Positions 16,330 to 25,274 of a DNA stretch of 25,274 bases are shown one piece after another. The position numbers were made by a program, and so were the translations under genes. The notes below the pieces were generated by a model. That model had not been told where the DNA came from. It worked only from the letters and a program-made list of their open reading frames with translations, and did not search any database. Numbering within the stretch: the first letter of the stretch is position 1; every line of letters begins with the position of its first letter. Source of the stretch: a virus; UHGV virus genome UHGV-0164608; one strand, 5' to 3'.

Positions 16330-18744
16330 TTAATACAGGTTTCGCCACTTATCATCTTCCTGCAAACGCTGGTTCCGATAGAAGATACGCAGGCCTGCTC
16401 CTGACGGAATACTGCCGCCGCGAAGGAGTAAATCGACCTCTTTCTCGCTGCCATCAAATCCTCTGGACTTCAGTTCATAGACGAGCTGCTGTCGCTGATG
16501 GTCTCTAATTCGCTGTTTGTAGTCTTTACGCCGTTTCGGTTTCACCAGGCGTAACCTAGCAGCCAGTTCCCGGCGCTCTTTTTTGCTCATACTGTGCAGG
16601 TAATCGTGCAACTCCTTGTCATCCATGCGGGTAATGTCCGTCCTGGTATCCCCATCAGCTGATTTGTCTTTCCCTTGTTGGTTCAAATTTTCAGCAAGGG
16701 GACAGTTATTGCCACGAGTCCAAGGGGCGCAAGCGCCCTGGTCGGCTGCCGCCTCCTGAACGTCAACGGCCTTACGAACCATTTTCCACTTCACGGCATG
16801 AGTGCAGATCTTGCCCTCTGCAATAGGTGACCAGATGCCATAAATACGAATGCCGTGATCGCCATAGGCGGTCGGCTCTTCGTTGATTTCATAAGCAGTT
16901 CTGATGAGGTGATATTTACGGGGAACCAGTACGCCGCCCTGCTTCATGATGTAGGTGGCAAAACAACCAGCATCAGCAGCAGCCAGGATTGCATCAAGGC
17001 GCGGGTTATCCAGTACCGGCGCACCTGCTTTTTTGTCACCCTGTTGCCTTGCCGCCTGACCAGCCAGCAATCGCAGTTCACGGTAAGCCTGACGCCCCGG
17101 AATGCCAAAGAAGCGGAATTGCTGAACACGATGCAGAGACGCCCAGGCATTCACGTATTCAGCGTTATCACGCAGGGATTTACCCGTTTCCTTGCTGATC
17201 TCGCCAGCCAGACCACGCCCGTCAATGTTCTTACTGATATATTTCGCGATGTAGCTTGTCGGCGTTCCTTTGCGCGGGTTAATCAACTCAGACTTAAAGC
17301 GTGGTCCCGTGTTATTCCCCAGCTCCTCGCGGTCTTCACGAATGGCAAACTTACGCAACAAAGCAGTAATGGCGCGGCGATCTTTTTTGCGCATAAAACA
17401 CAACAGGTGCCAGTGAACTGTACCGTCATGATGCGGCTCAGCCACCCGCACGCCATACCAGCGCAATCCGGCTTTGTGCATCGCCTTACGAAATGCAGCA
17501 AACATGCCAACCAGATAATCACTGCTTTGTCTTACCGTCGCATTTGTCCAGGTCGGGTTGGGCCTGCCGTTATTTAGCGTGGAATGGAAACGTGACGGAC
17601 AGGTGATGGTGTAGAAAACGGCGCAGTCACCGCGCATTTCCGCGATAAGCTCCAGGCCTTTAACACAGGCCATCATCTCATTGCGGCGATGCGCAGGGTT
17701 GCTGCTGCTGGCGTTTACCACATCCTCCATGTCCAGCGTGTCGCCGTCTTCGTTCACCAGTTCATGAGAACGGAAAAACTCCAGCGACTTACGGCGCTGC
17801 TCACGTTTATGCATCACGGCTTCATAGCTGACATAGGGAGATGCTTTTTTGCTGACCAGACAGACAGCACGCAACTGCTCTTCCCGCCATTCGCAACGCA
17901 TCTTCCATAATTTCCGATACCACCAGTCGGCGCACAGCATACGCGCCAGCGAACCCGGAATGAGTTCATAGGGCACAGGTTTGCGGCGGTTTCTTTTCCG
18001 GCGGAGTTGCTCAAACGCAGGCGGTATGACATCCAGTCGCAGGGTTTCTGCTGCCACCTTTTCCCATGTCTTGCGGATTTCTTCCGGCTTAACATCATCG
18101 GAGGCGTACAAATCACCACAAGCGGCATCAAGACACATGCTCATATGCGCAGCGACAAGGGTGGACAGGCGTTTCACCTGATCCTGACTCATTTCAGGCA
18201 GGATCAGCAGACCGTCCAGCCCTTCATGGCTTGCCATAAAACGAAAAGATGCAGATAGCTGGCTGTCGCGTACATGCTCCAGTCGTTCCAGGCATGGCTT
18301 AATCGTCTCACGCAAATAGCGGGAATAAGCCTTTGGCCTGCCCAGGTTGCTGAAGTATTTAATACGTTGCATCAGCGGCTTGCTGATATGGGAAGGCTGG
18401 GCGTTGACATCCGCCAGAATGACCATGTCTGGATTAAAACGCTGCTGCTCATGCGCCAGCTTTGCCCGGCTAATTAGCTTATCCTGCTCCATTTCGCGCT
18501 GGACAGGATCACGGGATTCATTAAAGAAATAACGCTCCCAGACCTGATCACTCAGTGCCTCGCGGCGCAGTTGTTCCTGCTCGTTATCGGCAGCGTACAG
18601 AGTGATCAGGTTTGAAAGCGCAGAAACCGGCGCAACTTCCGCCGGGTCCAGATAAGGGTTAATGGCCTTTTTCGGGCTGTTCCATGAGAATGCTGCGGCA
18701 GCCTCGTTAAAGCCGCAGCAGTTGTTCATATCGGCATGACTCAT
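16330..18744 (-). CDS. A: Replication initiation protein, rolling-circle endonuclease (P2 gpA-like)
   Basis: 804-aa product containing [17 protein letters not shown] and [12 protein letters not shown], hallmark motifs of P2 gpA. Confidence 0.9.
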   Translation of the reverse strand: MSHADMNNCCGFNEAAAAFSWNSPKKAINPYLDPAEVAPVSALSNLITLYAADNEQEQLRREALSDQVWERYFFNESRDPVQREMEQDKLISRAKLAHEQQRFNPDMVILADVNAQPSHISKPLMQRIKYFSNLGRPKAYSRYLRETIKPCLERLEHVRDSQLSASFRFMASHEGLDGLLILPEMSQDQVKRLSTLVAAHMSMCLDAACGDLYASDDVKPEEIRKTWEKVAAETLRLDVIPPAFEQLRRKRNRRKPVPYELIPGSLARMLCADWWYRKLWKMRCEWREEQLRAVCLVSKKASPYVSYEAVMHKREQRRKSLEFFRSHELVNEDGDTLDMEDVVNASSSNPAHRRNEMMACVKGLELIAEMRGDCAVFYTITCPSRFHSTLNNGRPNPTWTNATVRQSSDYLVGMFAAFRKAMHKAGLRWYGVRVAEPHHDGTVHWHLLCFMRKKDRRAITALLRKFAIREDREELGNNTGPRFKSELINPRKGTPTSYIAKYISKNIDGRGLAGEISKETGKSLRDNAEYVNAWASLHRVQQFRFFGIPGRQAYRELRLLAGQAARQQGDKKAGAPVLDNPRLDAILAAADAGCFATYIMKQGGVLVPRKYHLIRTAYEINEEPTAYGDHGIRIYGIWSPIAEGKICTHAVKWKMVRKAVDVQEAAADQGACAPWTRGNNCPLAENLNQQGKDKSADGDTRTDITRMDDKELHDYLHSMSKKERRELAARLRLVKPKRRKDYKQRIRDHQRQQLVYELKSRGFDGSEKEVDLLLRGGSIPSGAGLRIFYRNQRLQEDDKWRNLY

Positions 18745-19598
18745 GCACGTACTCCGTACACGGCAGAACTGTCCACGCCACGCGAATAATCAAATCCCAC
18801 CCAGCAGCGCGGCCCGGAAACAGCAATGATTTCTGTTGCTGATTTACCCTCTCCAGCTGCCACACCGATGTTGCGTTTTGCCTTGATGTAGTGGTGAGTA
18901 AAATTGCGATACAGCGAACGGATCAGGGATGTGTCACTGTTAGAAACAATGACCGGATGTCCTTCTGATGACCGATGTTCAAGAACGGATGCCAGGTGAT
19001 ACTGGTCATCTTCAGTGAAGCCGTCAGTGTGATAACCGGAAAACGTGCCGTCATACGGCGGATCGCAATACACCACATCCCCCGCCTTCAACATCGCCAG
19101 CGTTTCATCAAAGCTGGCGCAGATAAACGTTGCCCGCTGGGCTTTTTCTGCAAATGCGCGAATTTCTTTTTCAGGGAAATACGGATTTTTATAATTACCG
19201 TAGGGAATGTTGAAATGCCCGCTCTTGTTATAGCGACATAAACCACGGTAACCGTGACGATTGAGATACAGGAAATATACCGCTTTCATGAAATCAGTAA
19301 TTTCAGTGGAGTAATTAAACTCCTGCCTTATGTTGTAATAAGCCACCTCCCTGTTTGCGATCTCAAATAAAACTCTGGCGCGAGATATAAACGATTCACA
19401 ATCAGCGGCAACCTTTTTATAGAGGTTGATTAAATCAGGATTAATATCCGCAACCAGATAGCTGGGGTAATCCGTCTCCATCATCACAGCACAGGAACCC
19501 GCGAAAGGTTCAACCAGTCGCGGGCCAGCAGGAAGGTGTTTTTTCAGTTCGGACATAATGGCGGTTTTATTTCCCGCCCATTTCAGGATGGTGCTCAT
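18741..19598 (-). CDS. dam: DNA adenine methyltransferase (Dam-like, N6-adenine)
   Basis: [23 protein letters not shown]...[11 protein letters not shown]... and DPPY. ATG at 19598 with GGAGGTG upstream, overlapping the upstream stop (ATGA). Confidence 0.85.
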   Translation of the reverse strand: MSTILKWAGNKTAIMSELKKHLPAGPRLVEPFAGSCAVMMETDYPSYLVADINPDLINLYKKVAADCESFISRARVLFEIANREVAYYNIRQEFNYSTEITDFMKAVYFLYLNRHGYRGLCRYNKSGHFNIPYGNYKNPYFPEKEIRAFAEKAQRATFICASFDETLAMLKAGDVVYCDPPYDGTFSGYHTDGFTEDDQYHLASVLEHRSSEGHPVIVSNSDTSLIRSLYRNFTHHYIKAKRNIGVAAGEGKSATEIIAVSGPRCWVGFDYSRGVDSSAVYGVRA

Positions 19599-19822
19599 AC
19601 AGCACCTCCGTTGTAATGTTTGCCTTTCAGCTCTGCGATTTCCTGACAGGTAATGCAAAGCTGCACACCTGGAATGGCGCGGCGGCGTGCTGGCGGAATT
19701 GGCGCTTCACACTCAATGCAAAGCACGCGGGACACGCCCGGCGTTTTGGCACGGGCAGCACGAATATGGCGCTGGCGTTCTTCTTCAACGCGCTGCTGTA
19801 CAAGATCCATTGCATCAGCCAT
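19595..19822 (-). CDS. TraR/DksA-family C4 zinc-finger protein
   Basis: 75-aa product with CIEC-x17-CITC. Confidence 0.7.
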   Translation of the reverse strand: MADAMDLVQQRVEEERQRHIRAARAKTPGVSRVLCIECEAPIPPARRRAIPGVQLCITCQEIAELKGKHYNGGAV

Positions 19823-20055
19823 TAGTGGATCTCCTGCGCTTCGTTCTGGATTGCTTCAGCAGTTACACGCAGTAGTTCTGCTGCTTCGACGTGGTTTAGC
19901 TGGCGGGATGTGATATGACACGCCAGGCTATCAAGGCGAGCTGCCATTGCTTCAGCCCTTGCCCGGCGTTCTTCCAGACGAGCCTCTGTCAGTAAAATAT
20001 TAAGACATGCATCATCCGGTCCGGTTTTAGTCGTGAGGGTTTCAATATTACGCAT
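19822..20055 (-). CDS. Hypothetical early protein
   Basis: 77 aa from ATG at 20055 with AGGAGAA upstream; stop overlaps the next start (TAATG). Confidence 0.5.
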   Translation of the reverse strand: MRNIETLTTKTGPDDACLNILLTEARLEERRARAEAMAARLDSLACHITSRQLNHVEAAELLRVTAEAIQNEAQEIH

Positions 20056-20122
20056 AATCAATTCTCCTGAATTTAGATAAAGGGATGCCCGGCGGGTTTA
20101 CGCCATTAATTTCATTAGTTGG

Positions 20123-20464
20123 TTAATTCGGCATGGTTAGCCGTCTGGGAAATAAGCTCACCACTGCACGAAAATGATTCATTGCTTTAATCAACTCCCG
20201 CTTTTCGTCAGTGGTCAGCTCATTAATGCTGATGATATGACGTTCAGCTGGAATTTTTGCCATAAAGAATATGGCAGCCAGTGCTCGTTTATTTTTTTCG
20301 TTATTGATATCCCGTGGATCACGCATATCTTTAATAAACCGCTCAAGCTCTGACTCAATATTCAGGCCAAATACTTTCGCCCTTAACTCCGCAATGTGAT
20401 TAAGTCCATTCAGGCGTTCACCGGGGCTTAATGGAACAGTCGCCGCAGCGCCTTCAATAGCCAT
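20123..20464 (-). CDS. Hypothetical early protein
   Basis: 113-aa product, ATG at 20464 with GGGGGAA upstream. Confidence 0.5.
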   Translation of the reverse strand: MAIEGAAATVPLSPGERLNGLNHIAELRAKVFGLNIESELERFIKDMRDPRDINNEKNKRALAAIFFMAKIPAERHIISINELTTDEKRELIKAMNHFRAVVSLFPRRLTMPN

Positions 20465-20628
20465 TTGTTCCCCCGTTTTTTCGTTGATAGTTCTGCCAGC
20501 AATTCATCTTGTGAACGGCACGGATGCCAGCGTTTACCATCCTTACCCATTATCCAGCCGTGACCGTAGTGCATTGCCGGGCTTTGTTTTACCAGCAGCG
20601 ATGCAAATGATGGTTCTTTCGTCAGCAT
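20428..20628 (-). CDS. Small hypothetical early protein
   Basis: 66 aa from ATG at 20628 with GAGGTG upstream, directly after cII. Confidence 0.4.
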   Translation of the reverse strand: MLTKEPSFASLLVKQSPAMHYGHGWIMGKDGKRWHPCRSQDELLAELSTKKRGNKWLLKALRRLFH

Positions 20629-20635
20629 AAGCACC

Positions 20636-21145
20636 TCACAGCAAACCGAATGAAGCACCGAGGCCAGTCATGGTATCAACTGCACTCGCCATCGCAGGGT
20701 TAGCCTGTAAACGGGCCTGTAATGAAACAGCAGCCAGCGCCATCAGTCGTGTTACAGAGTTAATGCTGCTGATAGCATCACGACGACCTGCACTGGTTTT
20801 TACATCGCCAGATACCGCACCTGCAGCAACACGCCCGATCTCTGCGGTTGCACTCATGACGTAATGCGGCAGTTTCTCTTTTGCTACCTCATTAATAGGT
20901 ACACATGGCAGGCAGTGAATCTGTGCCAGAAAACCATCTATCAGCGTTGAATCTTCAGTCAGATCGGTAAGCAGCCAGATTTCTGGCGCATTGAGCTGAT
21001 GCGGTTGATCTGGGTTGAGTTTGTTTCGCAGAGTCTGGACATTCATTCCTGCACGTTCTGCCAGCTTCGCCATATTGTGACGAAGTGCAAAAGCTCTACA
21101 GGCTTCATCAAAATGTGGATGTTTGGAAACTTGGTAATCAAACAT
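20636..21145 (-). CDS. cII: CII-like transcriptional activator (phage 186 CII type)
   Basis: [45 protein letters not shown]... is near-identical in pattern to 186 CII. 169 aa from ATG at 21145. Confidence 0.85.
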   Translation of the reverse strand: MFDYQVSKHPHFDEACRAFALRHNMAKLAERAGMNVQTLRNKLNPDQPHQLNAPEIWLLTDLTEDSTLIDGFLAQIHCLPCVPINEVAKEKLPHYVMSATAEIGRVAAGAVSGDVKTSAGRRDAISSINSVTRLMALAAVSLQARLQANPAMASAVDTMTGLGASFGLL

Positions 21146-21177
21146 GGTCGACACCCCTGATGTATCCCAAAATGGAA

Positions 21178-21399
21178 CTAGTTGAATACAACATTGCAAT
21201 CAGTAAGTGCATCAACGGTAAGAGCAGCAAGGTTGATCATCACCTTTTCTCTTTTCTTGTCTTTCCGAAGGCGATGCCGAGGGATGCGACCGTCAGCCAG
21301 CATATCGTTAATTGTGTCGATTGAAAGACCAGTAAGTTCGCTATAACGCTCAATTGTGACATGTGGCGTATTCAGAGTTATTGAAATGTTAGGGGTCAT
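21178..21399 (-). CDS. apl: Apl/Cox-type excisionase and lytic regulator
   Basis: 73-aa product, first gene of the rightward early operon, divergent from cI. Confidence 0.75.
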   Translation of the reverse strand: MTPNISITLNTPHVTIERYSELTGLSIDTINDMLADGRIPRHRLRKDKKREKVMINLAALTVDALTDCNVVFN

Positions 21400-21494
21400 G
21401 ATGCAACATCTCCTATTGGCTTGTGGTGAGCCTGTAGTAATCGTGGCAAGTACCCAAATGGGGACAAAACTGATACTAGGATCGCAAAAGAGAT
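21400..21494. promoter_or_regulatory. Lysis-lysogeny switch region with divergent promoters between apl and cI
   Basis: 95-bp intergenic region between divergent regulators; individual operators not resolved. Confidence 0.5.
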
Positions 21495-22091
21495 ATGTCA
21501 ACATCAAAGTACCCAAGTGAGATCAAAATAAATCCCAATAAAGGTGGTAAGGCTGCGATTGAGCGATTAGTCGAAGCTTATGGCTTTACGACACGACAGG
21601 CTTTAGCTGATCACTTGGAAGTATCAAAAAGCACTCTGGCGAACAGGTATTTGCGGGATACGTTTCCTGCAGACTGGATAATCCAATGTGCTCTTGAAAC
21701 AGGAACCTCACTGAAATGGTTAACCACCGGGCAAGGACTTAAGCAAAGCTCGCTGACAGTAGCCACAGAAGAGCTTCCCAAGTTTCGCCTTACCGCAGGC
21801 AAAATGATTGAAGATGGTTCATATGTATTCGATTCATCATTTCTTCCTGCAAATCTTTCATCACCAATTGTTATTCAGGATGGGCTTGTCACATACATTT
21901 GTGATCAAAAATTTTCTGAAGTACTTGATGGACACTGGTTAATCAACATCGACGGAACCTATTCCATTCGAAAAATCACAAAGCTTCCAAAAGGTATGAT
22001 TAAAATTACAACTACAGAGAATAGCTTTGAATGTGCATTTTCTGATATTGAAGTGGTTGCTTGTATAAGAAGTACAATAGTTTCAAATTGA
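21495..22091 (+). CDS. cI: CI immunity repressor (phage 186 CI type)
   Basis: ...ERLVEAYGFTTRQALADHLEVSKSTLANRYLRD...CALETGTSLKWLTTGQG... parallels 186 CI. 198 aa. Confidence 0.85.
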   Translation: MSTSKYPSEIKINPNKGGKAAIERLVEAYGFTTRQALADHLEVSKSTLANRYLRDTFPADWIIQCALETGTSLKWLTTGQGLKQSSLTVATEELPKFRLTAGKMIEDGSYVFDSSFLPANLSSPIVIQDGLVTYICDQKFSEVLDGHWLINIDGTYSIRKITKLPKGMIKITTTENSFECAFSDIEVVACIRSTIVSN

Positions 22092-22111
22092 TATAGTAAA
22101 AGGATTTAAAA

Positions 22112-23788
22112 ATGAATTCATTTTCCATCGTTATATTCTTATTAGCATTTCTCGCCCCTGTTCTAGCTATAATATTATTTAAGCAAAGTAAAGAACACAA
22201 AGCCGCCATAGATAACCTGACGGCTAACAACATAGCCCTTTCCAGCCAACTGAGTGAAAATCAAGAAAAGTTAGCACAGACTGCACGAGATCTATCAGAG
22301 CTTGAAGGGCGAGCAGCACCATTATGGCAATACGAAGAATTGCACAGCGCAGTGATGGAGGCAGAGAATAAGATAAAAAATGCAGACTCAATAGCTAGGC
22401 AAAAAATAGAAGAAGCCCAAATAAAGGCAGCTAAGACAGTAAACGAAGCAAGTTATCAAGCTCAGATAACAATAAGCAACGCTAATAGCGAAGCTATAGC
22501 AATCACCAAAGACGCTCGCGATGCACGCCTGAAAGCCAAAGAACGTCTTGATAATGCCAACAGTAAAGCAAATGAGCTGATCTCAAATGCTAATGACAAC
22601 GCAGTAAAAATTATTTCCGATGCAGAAGAAAGAGCAAAAGAGATTGCTGGTTCAGCATATGAAGCTAAAGAGTTTGCAGAAAAATATGAAGCAGTTGCCA
22701 AATCAATGAAAAATAAAATTGAAGGTTATGGCGATGAATGGATCATCCCTAACCGTAGTGTACTTGATGAATTGGCAGAAAATTATGAGTTTACAGATGC
22801 AGGCAAGGAATTACAAAAAGCCAGGGAGTTAACAAAATCATTAATAAAAACTAATAAAGCAGCTTCGTGTGATTATGTTGAGCAAAACAGGCGTAATACT
22901 GCTATCAACTTTGTTTTGGATGCCTTCAATGGAAGAGTTGACAGTATTTTATCGAAAGTCAAACACAACAATTTTGGAAAACTTTCCCAAGAAATAAAAG
23001 ATGCATTTCAACTTGTAAATTATAATGGATCTGCTTTTAGATCCGCAAAAATAAGTGACATCTATCTTCAGGCACGACTCAACGAGCTAAAATGGGGAGT
23101 TGCAGTTAATGAAATTATGCTCGAAGAAAAAGAGGAGCAAAGAAGGATTAAAGAACAGCTTCGTGAAGAGGAAAGAGCTCGTAGAGAGTATGAAAAAGCG
23201 ATAAAAGAAGCCGAAAAAGAAGAGAAAGCTATTCAGCAAGCTATAAATAAAGCGACGAAAGAGCTTATGCTTGCAAATGAAGAACAACGCTTAGCTTTAG
23301 AGCAAAAAATAGCTGAACTACAGTTAAAATATGAAGAAGCTGAAGCTAAAAACCAACGAGCTATTTCTATGGCTCAACAAACTAGATCAGGCCATGTTTA
23401 TATAATTAGCAATATTGGCTCATTTGGCGAAGATGTATATAAAATTGGAATGACACGCCGCCTTGAACCACTTGATCGTGTTCGTGAACTTGGGGATGCT
23501 AGTGTTCCTTTTTCGTTCGATGTTCATGCGATGATTTATAGTGATGATGCACCGTCATTAGAAAATCATCTGCATAAAGTCTTCAACGAAAAGCAGGTCA
23601 ATAAAATTAACTCACGAAAAGAGTTTTTTAACGTAAATATTAAAGAAATTAAATCGGTTATTGAAGATATGAACATCAATGCCCACTGGACAATGTTTGC
23701 AGAGGCGAAAGAATATAGAGAGTCACTAGCTATTGAACAGGAACGCAAAGCAGCCACTTCCGCCAACGATGAACTACATGTTGCTTAG
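22112..23788 (+). CDS. Membrane-anchored coiled-coil protein with C-terminal T5orf172/GIY-YIG-like domain (DUF4041-like architecture); candidate defence/abortive-infection moron
   Basis: N-terminal TM helix MNSFSIVIFLLAFLAPVLAIILF, ~400 aa of A/E/K-rich coiled coil, then GHVYIISNIGSFGEDVYKIGMTRRLEPLDRVRELGDASVPFSFDVHAMIY...LENHLHKVF. AT-rich, 20 nt downstream of cI. Confidence 0.7.
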   Translation: MNSFSIVIFLLAFLAPVLAIILFKQSKEHKAAIDNLTANNIALSSQLSENQEKLAQTARDLSELEGRAAPLWQYEELHSAVMEAENKIKNADSIARQKIEEAQIKAAKTVNEASYQAQITISNANSEAIAITKDARDARLKAKERLDNANSKANELISNANDNAVKIISDAEERAKEIAGSAYEAKEFAEKYEAVAKSMKNKIEGYGDEWIIPNRSVLDELAENYEFTDAGKELQKARELTKSLIKTNKAASCDYVEQNRRNTAINFVLDAFNGRVDSILSKVKHNNFGKLSQEIKDAFQLVNYNGSAFRSAKISDIYLQARLNELKWGVAVNEIMLEEKEEQRRIKEQLREEERARREYEKAIKEAEKEEKAIQQAINKATKELMLANEEQRLALEQKIAELQLKYEEAEAKNQRAISMAQQTRSGHVYIISNIGSFGEDVYKIGMTRRLEPLDRVRELGDASVPFSFDVHAMIYSDDAPSLENHLHKVFNEKQVNKINSRKEFFNVNIKEIKSVIEDMNINAHWTMFAEAKEYRESLAIEQERKAATSANDELHVA

Positions 23789-23846
23789 CAATGTATGTTT
23801 CATAGCAATCACACATTGATTACTGGTTGTATATACAGTTAAATTT

Positions 23847-23872
23847 AGCCCTCTGATATGAGGGCTTTTTTA
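23847..23872 (+). terminator. Rho-independent terminator abutting the int start codon
   Basis: AGCCCTC-tgatat-GAGGGC followed by TTTTTT, then ATG of int. Confidence 0.6.
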
Positions 23873-24924
23873 TGGCAGTACGAAAACTCACCACAGGAAA
23901 ATGGCTTTGCGAATGTTACCCCGCCGGACGTAGTGGACGTCGTGTGCGTAAACAATTCGCCACCAAAGGCGAAGCACTGGCTTTTGAGCGTCACACGATG
24001 GAAGAAACCGAAGCAAAGCCCTGGCTAGGTGAATCAGTGGATCGTCGAACACTGAAAGACGTGGTTGAGCTATGGTTCAAACTACATGGTAAATCACTGA
24101 CAGCTGGGCAGCATGTCTATGACAAATTGCTGCTGATGGTTGACGCTCTGGGCAATCCCCTTGCAACTGATCTAACCTCTAAAATGTTTGCCCACTATCG
24201 AGATAAACGCCTGACAGGAGAGATCTACTTCAGCGAGAAATGGAAGAAAGGAGCAAGCCCGGTCACCATTAACCTGGAGCAAAGCTATCTAAGTAGTGTT
24301 TTTAGCGAACTATCCCGCCTGGGCGAATGGTCGTATCCGAACCCACTGGAGAACATGCGAAAATTCACCATCGCAGAAAAAGAGATGGCATGGCTTACCC
24401 ATGAGCAGATTGTTGAATTACTGGCTGATTGCAAACGTCAGGACCCAATTCTGGCACTGGTAGTTAAGATATGCTTAAGCACAGGCGCACGCTGGCGAGA
24501 AGCCGTAAATCTTACTCGTTCACAGGTGACCAAATACCGAATTACCTTTGTAAGAACGAAGGGGAAGAAAAACAGAAGCATCCCTATCAGTAAAGAGCTT
24601 TACGAAGAGATCATGGCGCTTGATGGGTTCAATTTCTTCACAGACTGCTATTTTCAATTTTTATCCGTGATGGAAAAAACGTCTATCGTGCTCCCTCGCG
24701 GTCAACTCACACACGTTCTGCGCCATACGTTTGCGGCGCACTTCATGATGTCGGGTGGAAACATTCTGGCCTTACAAAAAATTCTCGGACACCACGATAT
24801 AAAAATGACTATGCGTTACGCACATCTGGCACCGGATCATCTGGAAACGGCGCTCCGTTTCAATCCTCTGGCAACGCTGCCAAGTGGCGACAAAGTGGCG
24901 GCAGCGGTTGGCATTACCCCGTAA
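23872..24924 (+). CDS. int: Tyrosine integrase (P2/186 family)
   Basis: 350-aa product with ...GARWREA..., LTHVLRHTFAAHF, LGHHDIKMTMRYAHL (R, H-x-x-R, Y catalytic residues). Confidence 0.9.
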   Translation: MAVRKLTTGKWLCECYPAGRSGRRVRKQFATKGEALAFERHTMEETEAKPWLGESVDRRTLKDVVELWFKLHGKSLTAGQHVYDKLLLMVDALGNPLATDLTSKMFAHYRDKRLTGEIYFSEKWKKGASPVTINLEQSYLSSVFSELSRLGEWSYPNPLENMRKFTIAEKEMAWLTHEQIVELLADCKRQDPILALVVKICLSTGARWREAVNLTRSQVTKYRITFVRTKGKKNRSIPISKELYEEIMALDGFNFFTDCYFQFLSVMEKTSIVLPRGQLTHVLRHTFAAHFMMSGGNILALQKILGHHDIKMTMRYAHLAPDHLETALRFNPLATLPSGDKVAAAVGITP

Positions 24925-24947
24925 TAACCACCACTGACCACCAACCC

Positions 24948-24979
24948 AACTTATTGTTTTTACTATAACTTATTGTTTT
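24948..24979. repeat. Two direct 13-bp repeats (aacttattgtttt) 19 bp apart downstream of int; candidate Int arm-type sites
   Basis: Exact direct repeat read from the sequence, in the position expected for the attachment site. Confidence 0.4.
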
Positions 24980-24983
24980 CATT

Positions 24984-25009
24984 AACCCGTTTACATAAAT
25001 GGGTTTTTT
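24984..25009 (+). terminator. Hairpin plus T-run after int; possible terminator
   Basis: aacccgttta-cat-aaatgggtt with one G-T wobble, followed by TTTTTT. Confidence 0.35.
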
Positions 25010-25274
25010 GTTGCCTGGAATTTATGTCTTTCTTAATCAATTGATTAAAATCATACTTTTACACACATGGCGACAGGGGTTTTACCATTTCGGTGTCAGT
25101 CTTTGTTTTATGCCGTTTCAATCGCGTACAATAAATCAACCAAAGCAACCGCGCCGACATCATCCCAGCGTAAATAACTCGCTAAAGAACTTGTTCCTGA
25201 ATCCTTCCCTAAAACTTTCGTAAGCGTACAGCGAGAACCGTATTGACGGGGATGTGTTATTCAGTTGGCAGTGT

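Noticed and set aside
16855-17577. Plus-strand ORF of 240 aa inside replication gene A
   Set aside because: Antisense to a well-supported gene; no start context or recognisable product.
24999-25223. Plus-strand 74-aa ORF after int
   Set aside because: Lies in the attachment-site region, is low-complexity, and has no start context; probably non-coding.
1-25274. CRISPR arrays, tRNA or rRNA genes, insertion sequences
   Set aside because: No regularly spaced direct repeats, no tRNA-like sequence (for example a GGTTCGAATCC T-arm), and no transposase-like ORF with terminal inverted repeats were seen.

Overview
This window is one arm of an integrated P2/186-family (186-like) temperate prophage, read from a contig whose first 47 bases are Illumina Nextera adapter rather than biology. 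From left to right: a truncated tail-fibre gene H, then baseplate, tail-completion, lysis and head genes on the minus strand (I, J, W, V, S, R, LysC/LysB/LysA, SAR endolysin, pinholin, X, L, M, N, O), divergent from terminase P and portal Q on the plus strand. Right of Q is an AT-rich accessory region holding a translationally coupled three-gene operon of unrecognised proteins and a separate lipoprotein gene. Then come a LexA-box-controlled small-ORF/DinI-like operon, replication gene A, a phage Dam methyltransferase, a TraR-type zinc-finger gene, small early genes, and the 186-type switch (CII, Apl | CI). A second AT-rich insertion between cI and int encodes a 558-aa membrane-anchored coiled-coil protein with a C-terminal T5orf172/GIY-YIG-like domain. 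The window ends with the tyrosine integrase and the attachment-site region. The best candidates for an undescribed system are the three-gene operon (12422-14643) and the 558-aa gene (22112-23788); neither matches a named defence family that I can recognise from sequence alone. All homology statements are from reading the translations against remembered P2/186 proteins; no database search was run.
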